From the IMG/VR virus record IMGVR_UViG_3300045594_000630: DNA of 48,037 nt. The stretch is one strand, 5' to 3'. Position numbers and translations under genes: made by a program. The first letter of the stretch is position 1; every line of letters begins with the position of its first letter. Under the pieces are notes generated by a model that searched no databases, was not told the DNA's origin, and saw only the letters and a program-made list of their open reading frames with translations. Origin of the DNA: a virus. Below are positions 27,855 through 37,391 of the stretch, piece by piece.

Positions 27855-28121
27855 ATGGAATTTTTCAACGATAAGATCAATTCTGAAGAGGGTGCTGAGA
27901 CCGTTGAGATCATCATCGGTATCGTTGTCTTCGTCATCTTCGGTCTGACTGTCTTCGGTCTGGTCACGAATGCAGCTGGCGGTAAGGCTGCAAGCATTTC
28001 CAACTGCCTCGCTGATAGCGGTAATCTGCTCTCCGGCGCTAGCACCGACGGTCATGCTAGTTCCGCCAACACCTGCAAGAAGACTGACGACAAGACCTAC
28101 ACTTACAACGGCAACAAGTAA
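27855..28121 (+). CDS. Flp/type IVb-like pilin, paralogue 2 (likely the major pilin)
   Basis: GGAGG SD, MEFFNDKINSEEG|AETVEIIIGIVVFVIFG; strong hairpin downstream; next to tadC. Confidence 0.85.
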   Translation: MEFFNDKINSEEGAETVEIIIGIVVFVIFGLTVFGLVTNAAGGKAASISNCLADSGNLLSGASTDGHASSANTCKKTDDKTYTYNGNK

Positions 28122-28143
28122 TAAGTTGTAGGGTCTGTCCAGA

Positions 28144-28175
28144 TGAGGCCCGAGGGATCACTCCCTCGGGCCTCA
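28144..28175 (+). terminator. Hairpin terminator after the pilin gene
   Basis: TGAGGCCCGAGGGA-tcac-TCCCTCGGGCCTCA, 14-bp perfect stem. Confidence 0.75.
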
Positions 28176-28219
28176 ACTGTCTTTCCAGCACTTATATGAC
28201 GAGCTGATATCTCACTGTT

Positions 28220-29125
28220 ATGGACGTTTTCACACCGAAGCTTATAGGACTGCTGTTCTTCACCATGATCATCCTCATAGGCTATGCTTTCACCGTGCAC
28301 AAGTCGTCCGTGGACGCGAAGTTCAACACCCTCGAGAAGTCGAAGGGCATGACGAAGTATCTTGCGCTCCTCGGCCGCGAGACCGTGAAGATCATTCCTG
28401 ACCGCATCGTGCGGACGAACAGGGTGAAAGAGGGATCAATCACCGCGCGTCTTAGACGGGCCGGCAATCCGTGGGGCGTGACCGCAACCGAATTCGCTGT
28501 TCTCAAGATCGGCTCGGCCGTGGCTGGCCTCATCCTTGGCGTGTTCTTGTGGTTCGTTCTTAAAGACTACATGCCATTGCCGATCTATGTCTTCATCCTC
28601 GCCACCGGTGCATTCGGCTACATCTATCCCGACCGGGTCTTATCCAAGAAGGAGAAGCTGAGGGTCATCGCGTTCAGGAAGGAGCTCCCTGAGGCTCTTG
28701 ACCTTCTTGTAGACTGCATGTCCGTGTCGAATTCGATCGAGGCATCGATCCCCAAGGTCACCCCGCTGCTTAAAGAGGGGATAGTCAAGCAGGAGTTCGA
28801 GCAGGTCTGTAAGGATCTGAGAGCAAAGCGTGGAGTCATTGATGCCCTCACTGACATGGCCGAACGATCGCCTTCGCCCGACATCGAAGCGTTCGTGAAC
28901 ATCATCGTCCAGGCCAGGCGTGTCGGATCGGACATGACGAAGGCACTTGAACGCAGATCGAAGACATCTCGCCAGGAGTACATCGCCCTGCTTGACACGA
29001 GGATCGCATCACTTGAATCCAAGATCATGGCCATGCTGATGCCGACAATGGTTGGAGCGCTGGTCTGTGTAGCCGTCGGACCGTCACTAACATCCATCTT
29101 CGAAGCCCTCGGAGGTGCGATCTAG
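28220..29125 (+). CDS. tadC: Tad pilus platform protein (T2SS F family, TadC-like)
   Basis: RLRRAG, TM pair, GYIYPD, FRKELPEALDLL, ALTDMAER, C-terminal TM. Confidence 0.8.
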   Translation: MDVFTPKLIGLLFFTMIILIGYAFTVHKSSVDAKFNTLEKSKGMTKYLALLGRETVKIIPDRIVRTNRVKEGSITARLRRAGNPWGVTATEFAVLKIGSAVAGLILGVFLWFVLKDYMPLPIYVFILATGAFGYIYPDRVLSKKEKLRVIAFRKELPEALDLLVDCMSVSNSIEASIPKVTPLLKEGIVKQEFEQVCKDLRAKRGVIDALTDMAERSPSPDIEAFVNIIVQARRVGSDMTKALERRSKTSRQEYIALLDTRIASLESKIMAMLMPTMVGALVCVAVGPSLTSIFEALGGAI

Positions 29126-29200
29126 CGAACAGCATTGGACCATGTCACGGTCTGATATCTCTACCATGGAATCATTCATCGTCATTTAAAGGAGAAACGG

Positions 29201-30700
29201 ATGGCATTCGAGAATATCAAGAGGGAGCTGCAATCCAATCTTGATTACAATCATGTTCTGTTCAAGAACAACGATCAATCATTGGGGGACTACGTCATTC
29301 TCATCGATAATGGCGCTGTCATCGGTGCATACAACACGTCACCAACAGGCAGATTCAAGATGACGACAAGAGCAGGATTCAGCATCGACAAGGAGATCGC
29401 GCAGACCTCGACAGATCAGGGCGCGTTGAAGATCAAGCTCATCGACAACCCTGACGTGCTCACCGAATGGAAGGAGAACTACGTCGTCTCCGTTCTTGCC
29501 GAGCTGTCGGAAGCCGAGGTAGAGCCGGCGGTCGGGACGAACGAGCCGGTGAAGGACGACGAGAAGGCCACTCTGATCGACCCGGTCAGTCTTGACGACA
29601 TCGAGTACGCTGTGAACGAGGAGCTGAAGAATCAGGAGATCGTTGACCAGAAGATCGGTCTTGACGACTTCTCGAACGTCACGTTCAAGCTTCTTAACGA
29701 TTTCATCCCGTCAAGTGACGAACAGAACTTCGTGAAGCTTGCCACATCCACCGGGAAGGACATCAACAGTCTGCTAGGATTCTCCAACGGATTCCTGCTC
29801 AGTAAGATCTTGAATGCATCGGTGGCCTTGACCCTGAACGGATCCATCGAGTACGCCAAGCTGGTCGGCACCTCCGCCGGGGACAAGATCTTCATCAAGG
29901 CCGAAAGGCCGGTCGAGGAAGACGACAATGAGGACTCCGTAAGCCAGTACGTTGATGATCATCTCGCCGATGGTTCAGACAATGTTGGAACCCAGTCGAT
30001 CGTCAAGGAAGGATTCGGTGACGACGATAATGAGTCCGATGCTGATGACAGATCTGACGACACGATGCCGCTTATTGATCTTCCGCATGAGGCGCCGGCT
30101 GAAGAGACTGAGCCCGAACCTGAATCCACCGATGACAGCACTGAGGACGAACCGGCCGACGTGCCAGATCTTAGCGTTCCGCTGCTGCAGCCGGTTCAGA
30201 TCGGTGATCCGAATGAGCTTACGGCTCTGAACATTACGGGCCAGTCGACCACAGACGCTGTCACCGATGCAGACAGCCAGGTAGATGAAGATGATCCGTA
30301 TGCTGGTGATGGTGACGCGGAAGCCGAGGCCATGCTTGACAGCATTGAGAGCAAGCATGGTGACGACGTCGACTCGCTCGTGTCTGCCGTCGAGCAGGCT
30401 AAGCAGAAGCTGGAAGAGCTGAAGGCCAGGAAGGATGACGTCGACAACAAGATCGCAGATCTTCCGGTCGAGGAATCCGAGCAGATCAGCAAGGAGATCG
30501 ATTCCCTGCGGGAGGATCGTAAGGAACTTGATGACAGGATCAATGACCTCAGATCTCAGAAGGTTGATGTGGACAGTCAGATCAGTGACGCTAAGAAGCG
30601 CAAGGCTGACGTCGATGAGAAGCTAGCTCATAAGGACGAGCTTGAATCTGAGCAGACTGACCTCGCCGCTAAGATCGAGACCCTGGAGAACGTGCTCTGA
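29201..30700 (+). CDS. Acidic protein with C-terminal coiled coil
   Basis: AAGGAG SD; heptad-rich C-terminus. Confidence 0.8.
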   Translation: MAFENIKRELQSNLDYNHVLFKNNDQSLGDYVILIDNGAVIGAYNTSPTGRFKMTTRAGFSIDKEIAQTSTDQGALKIKLIDNPDVLTEWKENYVVSVLAELSEAEVEPAVGTNEPVKDDEKATLIDPVSLDDIEYAVNEELKNQEIVDQKIGLDDFSNVTFKLLNDFIPSSDEQNFVKLATSTGKDINSLLGFSNGFLLSKILNASVALTLNGSIEYAKLVGTSAGDKIFIKAERPVEEDDNEDSVSQYVDDHLADGSDNVGTQSIVKEGFGDDDNESDADDRSDDTMPLIDLPHEAPAEETEPEPESTDDSTEDEPADVPDLSVPLLQPVQIGDPNELTALNITGQSTTDAVTDADSQVDEDDPYAGDGDAEAEAMLDSIESKHGDDVDSLVSAVEQAKQKLEELKARKDDVDNKIADLPVEESEQISKEIDSLREDRKELDDRINDLRSQKVDVDSQISDAKKRKADVDEKLAHKDELESEQTDLAAKIETLENVL

Positions 30701-30724
30701 TCTGACACGAGGCATTAGGCGCAG

Positions 30725-30756
30725 GGTGGCCGTTGATCATGAGGTCAACGGCCATC
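30725..30756 (+). terminator. Hairpin
   Basis: GGTGGCCGTTGATC-atga-GGTCAACGGCCATC. Confidence 0.55.
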
Positions 30757-30778
30757 GTCATATTGGGAGGACGCAAGA

Positions 30779-31303
30779 ATGAGTGACAATGAAGATGTAG
30801 AACCCGTGGTCATCAACGTGTACACGAGCTTCTTCAAGAGGGATCTGCAGATCTATGCTCTTGGTGACATCCGATTCCAGAAGCCGAAGTCATTGAAGGC
30901 TGTTGGATACACGCTTGCATTCATGTTCTTGTGGTCAGGGCCGATGTTCGCGCTTATCGGACCGGCCAGGGTCATATCGAACATCGTCTGGGCGTTCATC
31001 ACGTTCGGGCCGCCGGTCATCATGGGCATGATCGCATCAAAGCCGGTCTTCCATAACAAGCCTCTTATCAAGGATCTCATATCGATCTTCAGATACTTCA
31101 ATCATCCTAAGATGTACACGGACTTCCAGTCATATGACGCACCGGACTACGCTGATCCGAGCTTCACGATGTGGATAGCGGATTGGGATTGCTATGGTCA
31201 GGAAGAGGAGGATCTTGATGAGCCCGACGGTGGATACAAGACCGTGGTCAGGAAGCGCCGTAAGGATGCTATCCATAAGGTCGGCCGCCGCGGTAAGAAA
31301 TGA
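30779..31303 (+). CDS. TcpE-family (VirB3-like) conjugal transfer membrane protein
   Basis: VYTSFFKRDLQIYALGDIRFQKP, two TM segments, HNKPL; directly upstream of the VirB4-like ATPase. Confidence 0.65.
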   Translation: MSDNEDVEPVVINVYTSFFKRDLQIYALGDIRFQKPKSLKAVGYTLAFMFLWSGPMFALIGPARVISNIVWAFITFGPPVIMGMIASKPVFHNKPLIKDLISIFRYFNHPKMYTDFQSYDAPDYADPSFTMWIADWDCYGQEEEDLDEPDGGYKTVVRKRRKDAIHKVGRRGKK

Positions 31304-31333
31304 TCATACCGGCCCTGTGAATATCTTACTGTC

Positions 31334-32542
31334 ATGGCGAATAAAGACATCCAATGGAAGGGTCCGGTCATAGGACTTAACCAACAGGGGTACCCGACAC
31401 CGGTATTCTATGATCCCCATACGGCTATCAACATGAAGTCAAGGTCTGGCGGCGTCATCATCACGGGATCTCCCGGATCTGGCAAGTCACAGCTCGGCAT
31501 GAATCTTGCCATGATGAGCGCACTTGCCGGCAAGAAGACGATCTATGTTGACCCTAAGAATGATGCGCTTGGCCTCATCGAGCTTCAAGACGAGCTTGAC
31601 GGCCATCTGCAGATAAAAGATCTGAACGAGGGCAAGAAGAACGGGTCCATGGACCCGTTGATCACCGAACAGGATCCGGCGGACAAGGTCGCAAAGACCC
31701 AGTCACTTATCCATATCTTGGTCGGAAATCTTAAGGATGAGCAGGAGATCTATCTCCCGAACAAGATCGTTGACGTTGCTTACAGCGCTGAGCCGTCCAT
31801 GTCCCTGCTCGTCCAGCGACTGCTGAGGGATGAAAGATCTAGCATGGCGGCCATAGGGGCGAAGCTCCAGGGCATCGAGCAGGCTGACCCTACCATGGCA
31901 GGATTGATCTTCAAGAAGGGCCATGAGAAGACGGTCATTGAAGATCTGGAGGATGGACTCACCGTCATCACGGTGCTTGGCCTCAAGATGCCGTCAGCTG
32001 ATACCGATCCGCAGTCATACAGCTCTAAGGAGAGGCTGTCCATCGGTATCATGTATCTTATCGTGGAGTTCCTCCTCAAGTCCATGCAAGATCCAGCGCA
32101 CCATCTTGAACCTAAGACCGTTCTTATTGACGAGGCGTGGGCGTTCATCGCGTCGGAGAGCGGTCTTGAGGCCGTAAAAAGCTTGTTCAGGCTCGGAAGA
32201 TCAATGAACACGACCTGTATTCTCATGACGCAGAACATCTCAGACTTCGCAAGATCAAGCGGCGGGAGAGACGGTGAAGGAAATGGATCACTCTTGAACT
32301 CTGCTGCGACAAGGTTCGCGTTCAGAGCTGAAGACGACAATGAAGCCCGTCTGCTCTGCTCTAGTCTCGGGATCAGTTATGATTCATTCGGTGAAGACTT
32401 CGCAAGCATGTTGCCGGGCGTCTGCGTCATGAAGGACTATATCGGCAGAGTGAGTAGGGTCTACATCTTACAGCAGAACGCGAAATGGAAGCATGCATTC
32501 GAGACCAACCCATTGAAGAAGCTACAGGGGATGAAGCAATGA
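31334..32542 (+). CDS. VirB4/TcpF-like conjugation ATPase (ATPase domain only)
   Basis: ITGSPGSGKS, YVDPKND, LIDEAW, RLGRSMN, MTQ, RFAF, MKDYIGRV. Confidence 0.8.
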   Translation: MANKDIQWKGPVIGLNQQGYPTPVFYDPHTAINMKSRSGGVIITGSPGSGKSQLGMNLAMMSALAGKKTIYVDPKNDALGLIELQDELDGHLQIKDLNEGKKNGSMDPLITEQDPADKVAKTQSLIHILVGNLKDEQEIYLPNKIVDVAYSAEPSMSLLVQRLLRDERSSMAAIGAKLQGIEQADPTMAGLIFKKGHEKTVIEDLEDGLTVITVLGLKMPSADTDPQSYSSKERLSIGIMYLIVEFLLKSMQDPAHHLEPKTVLIDEAWAFIASESGLEAVKSLFRLGRSMNTTCILMTQNISDFARSSGGRDGEGNGSLLNSAATRFAFRAEDDNEARLLCSSLGISYDSFGEDFASMLPGVCVMKDYIGRVSRVYILQQNAKWKHAFETNPLKKLQGMKQ

Positions 32543-33363
32543 AGACGAATAGGAAGACCATCTGGACGACCGTCGCGCTGGTCGGTGTGATCGTCATCTT
32601 AGGAACGATCTATCTGATGGATCGGAACATTGCGAAAGCTCCAGACCAGCAGGACTATGATCTTAGCTCTGCGGACAAGAGCGCACTCACCGATGTCACG
32701 AAGACGTTCATCTCGGAAGATGGAACCTTCGGGGTCTACTGGGATAGCGTACCTGACGATCAAGATCTGGAGTCGATCCATGACGCATGGATCGTAGCGA
32801 ACGCCACCGATGATGATCTTCCAGACGATGTATCCGGCATGCTGGCCACCAGGGGGTCAGTTCTCTACAAGCTTCTCCAGAAACGATCTGATGACAGCCT
32901 GTCACTATTGTCGACGGATAGCGCTATGGCGAAGTACGGGAAGAATGAGCTGAATGTCTTGAGTGATTCCACAATGATGTCAGGGTTCACCACGAACGCG
33001 GATGATGTCACGATCAATTGGGGCAAGTCTCACGCCGTGAAGACCAGAAGCGCGGTCGAGGCCAGCATTGATGTCAGCTGGTCGACCCGTTGGATAAGAT
33101 CAACCAAGACGCCTGACGCTTACGAGAACACGAAACGATCTGATTGGGATGTCCAGTCAAAGTCCGTAGATCTGAAGGATGTCACGGTCACACTTGTCAG
33201 ATCCCAGGATGGTAAGCAATGGCAGGTGACGAACGTTTCCGGAGGCAATCTGTCCGACAAGGGATTCGTGCTTGCCACCGCGGGGGACATATCGTACAAT
33301 GTGGATGGATCTATTACTGGATACCATGTGAATCGTAATCAATCTAATGCAGATGGGAGCTGA
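32539..33363 (+). CDS. Membrane-anchored exported protein (possible T4SS component)
   Basis: ATGA overlap with the ATPase gene; N-terminal TM helix. Confidence 0.7.
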   Translation: MKTNRKTIWTTVALVGVIVILGTIYLMDRNIAKAPDQQDYDLSSADKSALTDVTKTFISEDGTFGVYWDSVPDDQDLESIHDAWIVANATDDDLPDDVSGMLATRGSVLYKLLQKRSDDSLSLLSTDSAMAKYGKNELNVLSDSTMMSGFTTNADDVTINWGKSHAVKTRSAVEASIDVSWSTRWIRSTKTPDAYENTKRSDWDVQSKSVDLKDVTVTLVRSQDGKQWQVTNVSGGNLSDKGFVLATAGDISYNVDGSITGYHVNRNQSNADGS

Positions 33364-33365
33364 TC

Positions 33366-34172
33366 ATGACGACAAGGAGACGTTCTAAGGGGAAACCTCG
33401 AAGAAGAAGACCATACCAGCGCGCTGTCAACAGACGACCTCAGCAGGGGAAGGAAGATCAGTCGGAGAAGCTCGAGGATCTTCAAGATGAGATCAACGCC
33501 CTGAAGTCTAAGATCGGCCTGCATGATGACAGCATGGATGCCGAGGACAAGCCTGTTGTCACCGAGTCCAGCACTGTCGACGATGCTGACACTGAACCTG
33601 AAGACACTGCTCCCGTTGACGCCACTGATGATCATGAACCAGATCTGGAATCCGAGCAGCTGGAAGATCTGGAAGCACATGATGATGACGATGATCTTGA
33701 CGAGCTTGATGACTCCACGTATGAAGATCTTGTCGGTGAAGATGGCAGTGTCTTGGTCGACACTGAGGACAGTGGCGCGGTCAGAGTTCTTGACTCGCTT
33801 GTCTACTATGAGATCGATGGCTGGATCAATGAGAAGACCGGAAAACCGTTCAACAGGATGAAGCTACTGCAATCCCCTCCTCGGCTTGTTCTCAGACAGC
33901 ATATCAGTGGTGATGACGATCCGGATAATGACGCTATGGTAACGATGGTCGTGAACCGTCAGCTTGCAGCCCATCTTGCATCAACGTTCGAGAGCATCCG
34001 TAAGACCTATGATGGTGAGCCGCTGGACAAGAAGAAGGAGCCGTTCTCATGGAAGCGCGTTCGGGACAACTTCGCCAAGACATGGAAGTACGAGCCGGTG
34101 AAGATCGTCATCGGCGCTGTCGTGGCGGTCATCTTCATCGCGGCCATCATCTACGGCTCCATAGTAGCATGA
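33366..34172 (+). CDS. Hypothetical protein (basic N-terminus, acidic linker, C-terminal TM)
   Basis: 268-aa ORF within the operon. Confidence 0.75.
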   Translation: MTTRRRSKGKPRRRRPYQRAVNRRPQQGKEDQSEKLEDLQDEINALKSKIGLHDDSMDAEDKPVVTESSTVDDADTEPEDTAPVDATDDHEPDLESEQLEDLEAHDDDDDLDELDDSTYEDLVGEDGSVLVDTEDSGAVRVLDSLVYYEIDGWINEKTGKPFNRMKLLQSPPRLVLRQHISGDDDPDNDAMVTMVVNRQLAAHLASTFESIRKTYDGEPLDKKKEPFSWKRVRDNFAKTWKYEPVKIVIGAVVAVIFIAAIIYGSIVA

Positions 34173-34183
34173 AAGAATGAGAT

Positions 34184-35101
34184 GTGGACATGGATTATGG
34201 ATCATCTGCAGCAATCGAAGGAGTCATGACACCGGCATCGAATACGATCAAATCGACCTGCATCTTCGCTGACGGAGGATCAGTTACGATCCGCATACAG
34301 GATCTCATGACCCTTCAGAACAAGTACACGGCGTCAGTGAAGATCCGTGACCATGATGACCTCAATGAGTTCATGGCCGACGCATACCAGCTGCTTGCAG
34401 ACTCGCCGGCATCGAAAACGATTGACCTCATTGTCAGCACCTCGGTGAAGAATGGCAAGATCAGGAAGCCGCTCCTCGGCGTGAACGATGAAGATCTGTT
34501 CATCAACTACGGGATGTGGCTGAACGCTCGTAAGATCAAGATCATTTCCGCAGATGACGCCATGGCCGTCGCCGGCTGGGAGAAGATCGGATACGGTCTC
34601 ACCGCTCGGCCGAACAAGCAGATTGAATGGTCAAGAACGGGACGGCTGCTAGCACTGCAATGCTATCATGATCATGTCGGGATCGGTCTGATGGATGGAG
34701 GGCGCCTGATCAATGGCCTGTCCTTCCCTGATGACGACTATACGATGAATCAGTGCGCTCTGGTCAAATCATCGGACACTGATGACGGACGATACTACCG
34801 ATGGTCATTGTCTAATCTTGTCAAGCAGGCGATCACTGACTGGTCGCCGGACTCCGTTCTGGTGTCTATTGACTCTACGGACAAGAAATACATGATCGGG
34901 AACACGGATGAGTACACCGTCCCCGTCCATGTGGTCACGTCAGGTGATGACAGATCAGATCTGCTGGCCAATGGAGCTACCATGATCAATCATCGTGAAC
35001 TATTCGGATGGAAGCCAAGATTCCTGCAAGACGCTGACGAACGGACCAGACGTGAAGATCAGATGATCGAGTACGAGTTCGAAGATGCTAGCAAATGCTG
35101 A
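34184..35101 (+). CDS. Hypothetical protein
   Basis: 305-aa ORF within the operon. Confidence 0.7.
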   Translation: MDMDYGSSAAIEGVMTPASNTIKSTCIFADGGSVTIRIQDLMTLQNKYTASVKIRDHDDLNEFMADAYQLLADSPASKTIDLIVSTSVKNGKIRKPLLGVNDEDLFINYGMWLNARKIKIISADDAMAVAGWEKIGYGLTARPNKQIEWSRTGRLLALQCYHDHVGIGLMDGGRLINGLSFPDDDYTMNQCALVKSSDTDDGRYYRWSLSNLVKQAITDWSPDSVLVSIDSTDKKYMIGNTDEYTVPVHVVTSGDDRSDLLANGATMINHRELFGWKPRFLQDADERTRREDQMIEYEFEDASKC

Positions 35102-35162
35102 CGGCTGGAGACATATCTTCATCATATACTGCGGTAACAGATCCATGAGAGGAAATAGCTGA

Positions 35163-35984
35163 ATGATCGGACAAGGAATCATAGTCATACTGGCCGTCAC
35201 GGGGGTCATGTTCCTCACGTCATGGCTGCTTCCCACGATGAAGATAGGAAAGCTCGTCAATGATTCGACTGACGCCGAGGGCCATCATACGATGGTGAAG
35301 TCAGCCAGATCAATCGACTGGATGCAGGGCAGTGCGATCGGCTCACACTGGATCGGGTTCAATGTCTTGTCCGCATTCCTTGCGATCATTGTCTCCACGA
35401 TCGTCTTCATAAGTCCGTTCAGCGACGCCCTATGGAGGCAAGACCGGATCGCATGGTACTTGCTGATCGTGGTGTCGACCGTCATCGGCTATCATCTTGT
35501 CTGGTCGACCACGCTGGATTGGAGATTCCATAAGATACCGCGCTGGCCTCTCGTCGTCCATATGATTCTGATGTTGACGGCTTCAACCATGCTTACATCG
35601 TTGTCGGCTGATCTGAAATGGCTTACGGTGTCCGTCGTGATCATTGGTGTCATGTGCTGGCTGATCGGAACCGTTCCCGGATCTGGCATGAGTGATGGCA
35701 GGATGTACGTGATCATATCTGCCAGCGTCATACCGTTCATGGCGTCAACGGCCTTCTTGCCGCTGCTTGTATCGGCCGTACTTGCCATCATCAATGCGGT
35801 CATCGTTGCGGTCGGACCTGGCCGCAGGGTCAGTCAGAGCGATACGACTGTTCCAGTCATGCAGCGGATCATGAAGACCGGTTCCCCAATGGGTCCATTC
35901 GTGATGATCTCGTTCACGATCGCAATGATCATGCTCTCATATGGGGTCATCTCGTCACCGATCACGGCCATGATGGGGATGTGA
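35163..35984 (+). CDS. Prepilin peptidase (A24 family)
   Basis: Multi-TM; LDWRFHKIP and GMSDGR correspond to the two catalytic Asp motifs; C-terminal PMGPF. Confidence 0.7.
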   Translation: MIGQGIIVILAVTGVMFLTSWLLPTMKIGKLVNDSTDAEGHHTMVKSARSIDWMQGSAIGSHWIGFNVLSAFLAIIVSTIVFISPFSDALWRQDRIAWYLLIVVSTVIGYHLVWSTTLDWRFHKIPRWPLVVHMILMLTASTMLTSLSADLKWLTVSVVIIGVMCWLIGTVPGSGMSDGRMYVIISASVIPFMASTAFLPLLVSAVLAIINAVIVAVGPGRRVSQSDTTVPVMQRIMKTGSPMGPFVMISFTIAMIMLSYGVISSPITAMMGM

Positions 35985-35985
35985 T

Positions 35986-36438
35986 ATGATGATGGCGAAG
36001 ATGACGGATCGGGCAGATCGCCTCCTGAATGCGGTGAAGAGCGGATCTGAACGCAAGTTCTCAACGATCAACGGCGACGAGCAGCTGATAGTTGATCATG
36101 CGCAAAGATTCCGTGATCTGAACGCTTGGTCTCGCGGTAAAGCGTACAAGCTCGTTGACGGATCCGTAGGATGGACGCAGAAGCAGGAGGTTCTGAAATT
36201 CTTGTCACTGACCCCTGAAGATCATTGGCAGCAAGCTCTGAATCTTGTTGAGTACTGTGGTACTGCCGACCTGTCCTTCAACAGCGGTATCCTGGAGAGG
36301 ATCTTAAAGCGCGCCGAGGCTGATGGCGTGCCGCCGGAGTGGATAGCCGATGAGACGCTTCACGATCTGAAACCGCAGGACGCTAACAGGAAGGATCCCG
36401 GACACGGGTTCTTCATTGATCGAGACGCGGTGAAGTGA
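35986..36438 (+). CDS. Hypothetical protein
   Basis: 150-aa ORF abutting its neighbours. Confidence 0.7.
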   Translation: MMMAKMTDRADRLLNAVKSGSERKFSTINGDEQLIVDHAQRFRDLNAWSRGKAYKLVDGSVGWTQKQEVLKFLSLTPEDHWQQALNLVEYCGTADLSFNSGILERILKRAEADGVPPEWIADETLHDLKPQDANRKDPGHGFFIDRDAVK

Positions 36439-36442
36439 TCTG

Positions 36443-37207
36443 ATGGCGTTACCGAGAAGACACCGGCCGGCGGCGCCCGGCCGCACTGGTGAGAACAGAT
36501 CTGAACGCGCTCCGGACAGGAAGACGCCACGAGAGGACAAGGACACCCCGATGGTGCTTCCGATTCCAGATCTGGAACCGGAGCCGGTTCAGCAGGCCAG
36601 CACTGAGCGCAAGGTCAAGCATGATCAGCCACGACCTGCCCGTCAAGAGCAGCAGGTCAAGGCATCCAGCGCGGCGGGTCCGGAACGATCACATGATGAT
36701 CATACCCCTGCGCGGAAGAATCTCGGCCAGACCAGATTCAACGGCCTGCTGGAGAAGACAAGACCGTTAGCGCCTGCTCACACCCCATTCCATTATCCCG
36801 GATGGCATGGGAAGGGGTATCCCAAGGGGCTGGGTCACGGCCCGATCGTATGGCGATACGACAACAGGAAGGACAAGATGGTCAAGGTCGAGGGGCTGTC
36901 ATATGAATCCCTTGGACGGAAGACGTCTGACAGCAAGTCGTCATGGCAGAAGATGCTTGACGAGCAGCCGTATGACGAGGCGGGACAGCTCAGGATCTTC
37001 AGACACGGAACGAGTGGAACGCAGCTGATCGTGGAATGGGATTCGGATCAGGCTGCCGTCATGAATCGGAACGCTATGGATAACAGAGCGAAATCAATGT
37101 TCGACTCCGGGGTCGATATCTCATACGGGAAACGGCCAAGACTTGACGATCGTGACACTGACGAGAAAATGACGTTCCCGACGCCTAAAAAGAGCCGCAG
37201 GAAATAG
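36443..37207 (+). CDS. Hypothetical basic, Pro-rich protein
   Basis: 254-aa ORF abutting the upstream gene. Confidence 0.65.
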   Translation: MALPRRHRPAAPGRTGENRSERAPDRKTPREDKDTPMVLPIPDLEPEPVQQASTERKVKHDQPRPARQEQQVKASSAAGPERSHDDHTPARKNLGQTRFNGLLEKTRPLAPAHTPFHYPGWHGKGYPKGLGHGPIVWRYDNRKDKMVKVEGLSYESLGRKTSDSKSSWQKMLDEQPYDEAGQLRIFRHGTSGTQLIVEWDSDQAAVMNRNAMDNRAKSMFDSGVDISYGKRPRLDDRDTDEKMTFPTPKKSRRK

Positions 37208-37391
37208 CTGAGATCAAGCTATGTTCAGAAGCGTAGGCCCTACTGCCATTCTAGACGCATCAAGAACGCTACGATGCTGGAAAGCGCAATCTAGTATGAC
37301 GTTACTTCCTGAACGCTATTGCGTCTTCAGATTGCAGATCTGTCAACGGTACCATATAGAATAGATCATAGGGAAATCAAGGAGATCATTC

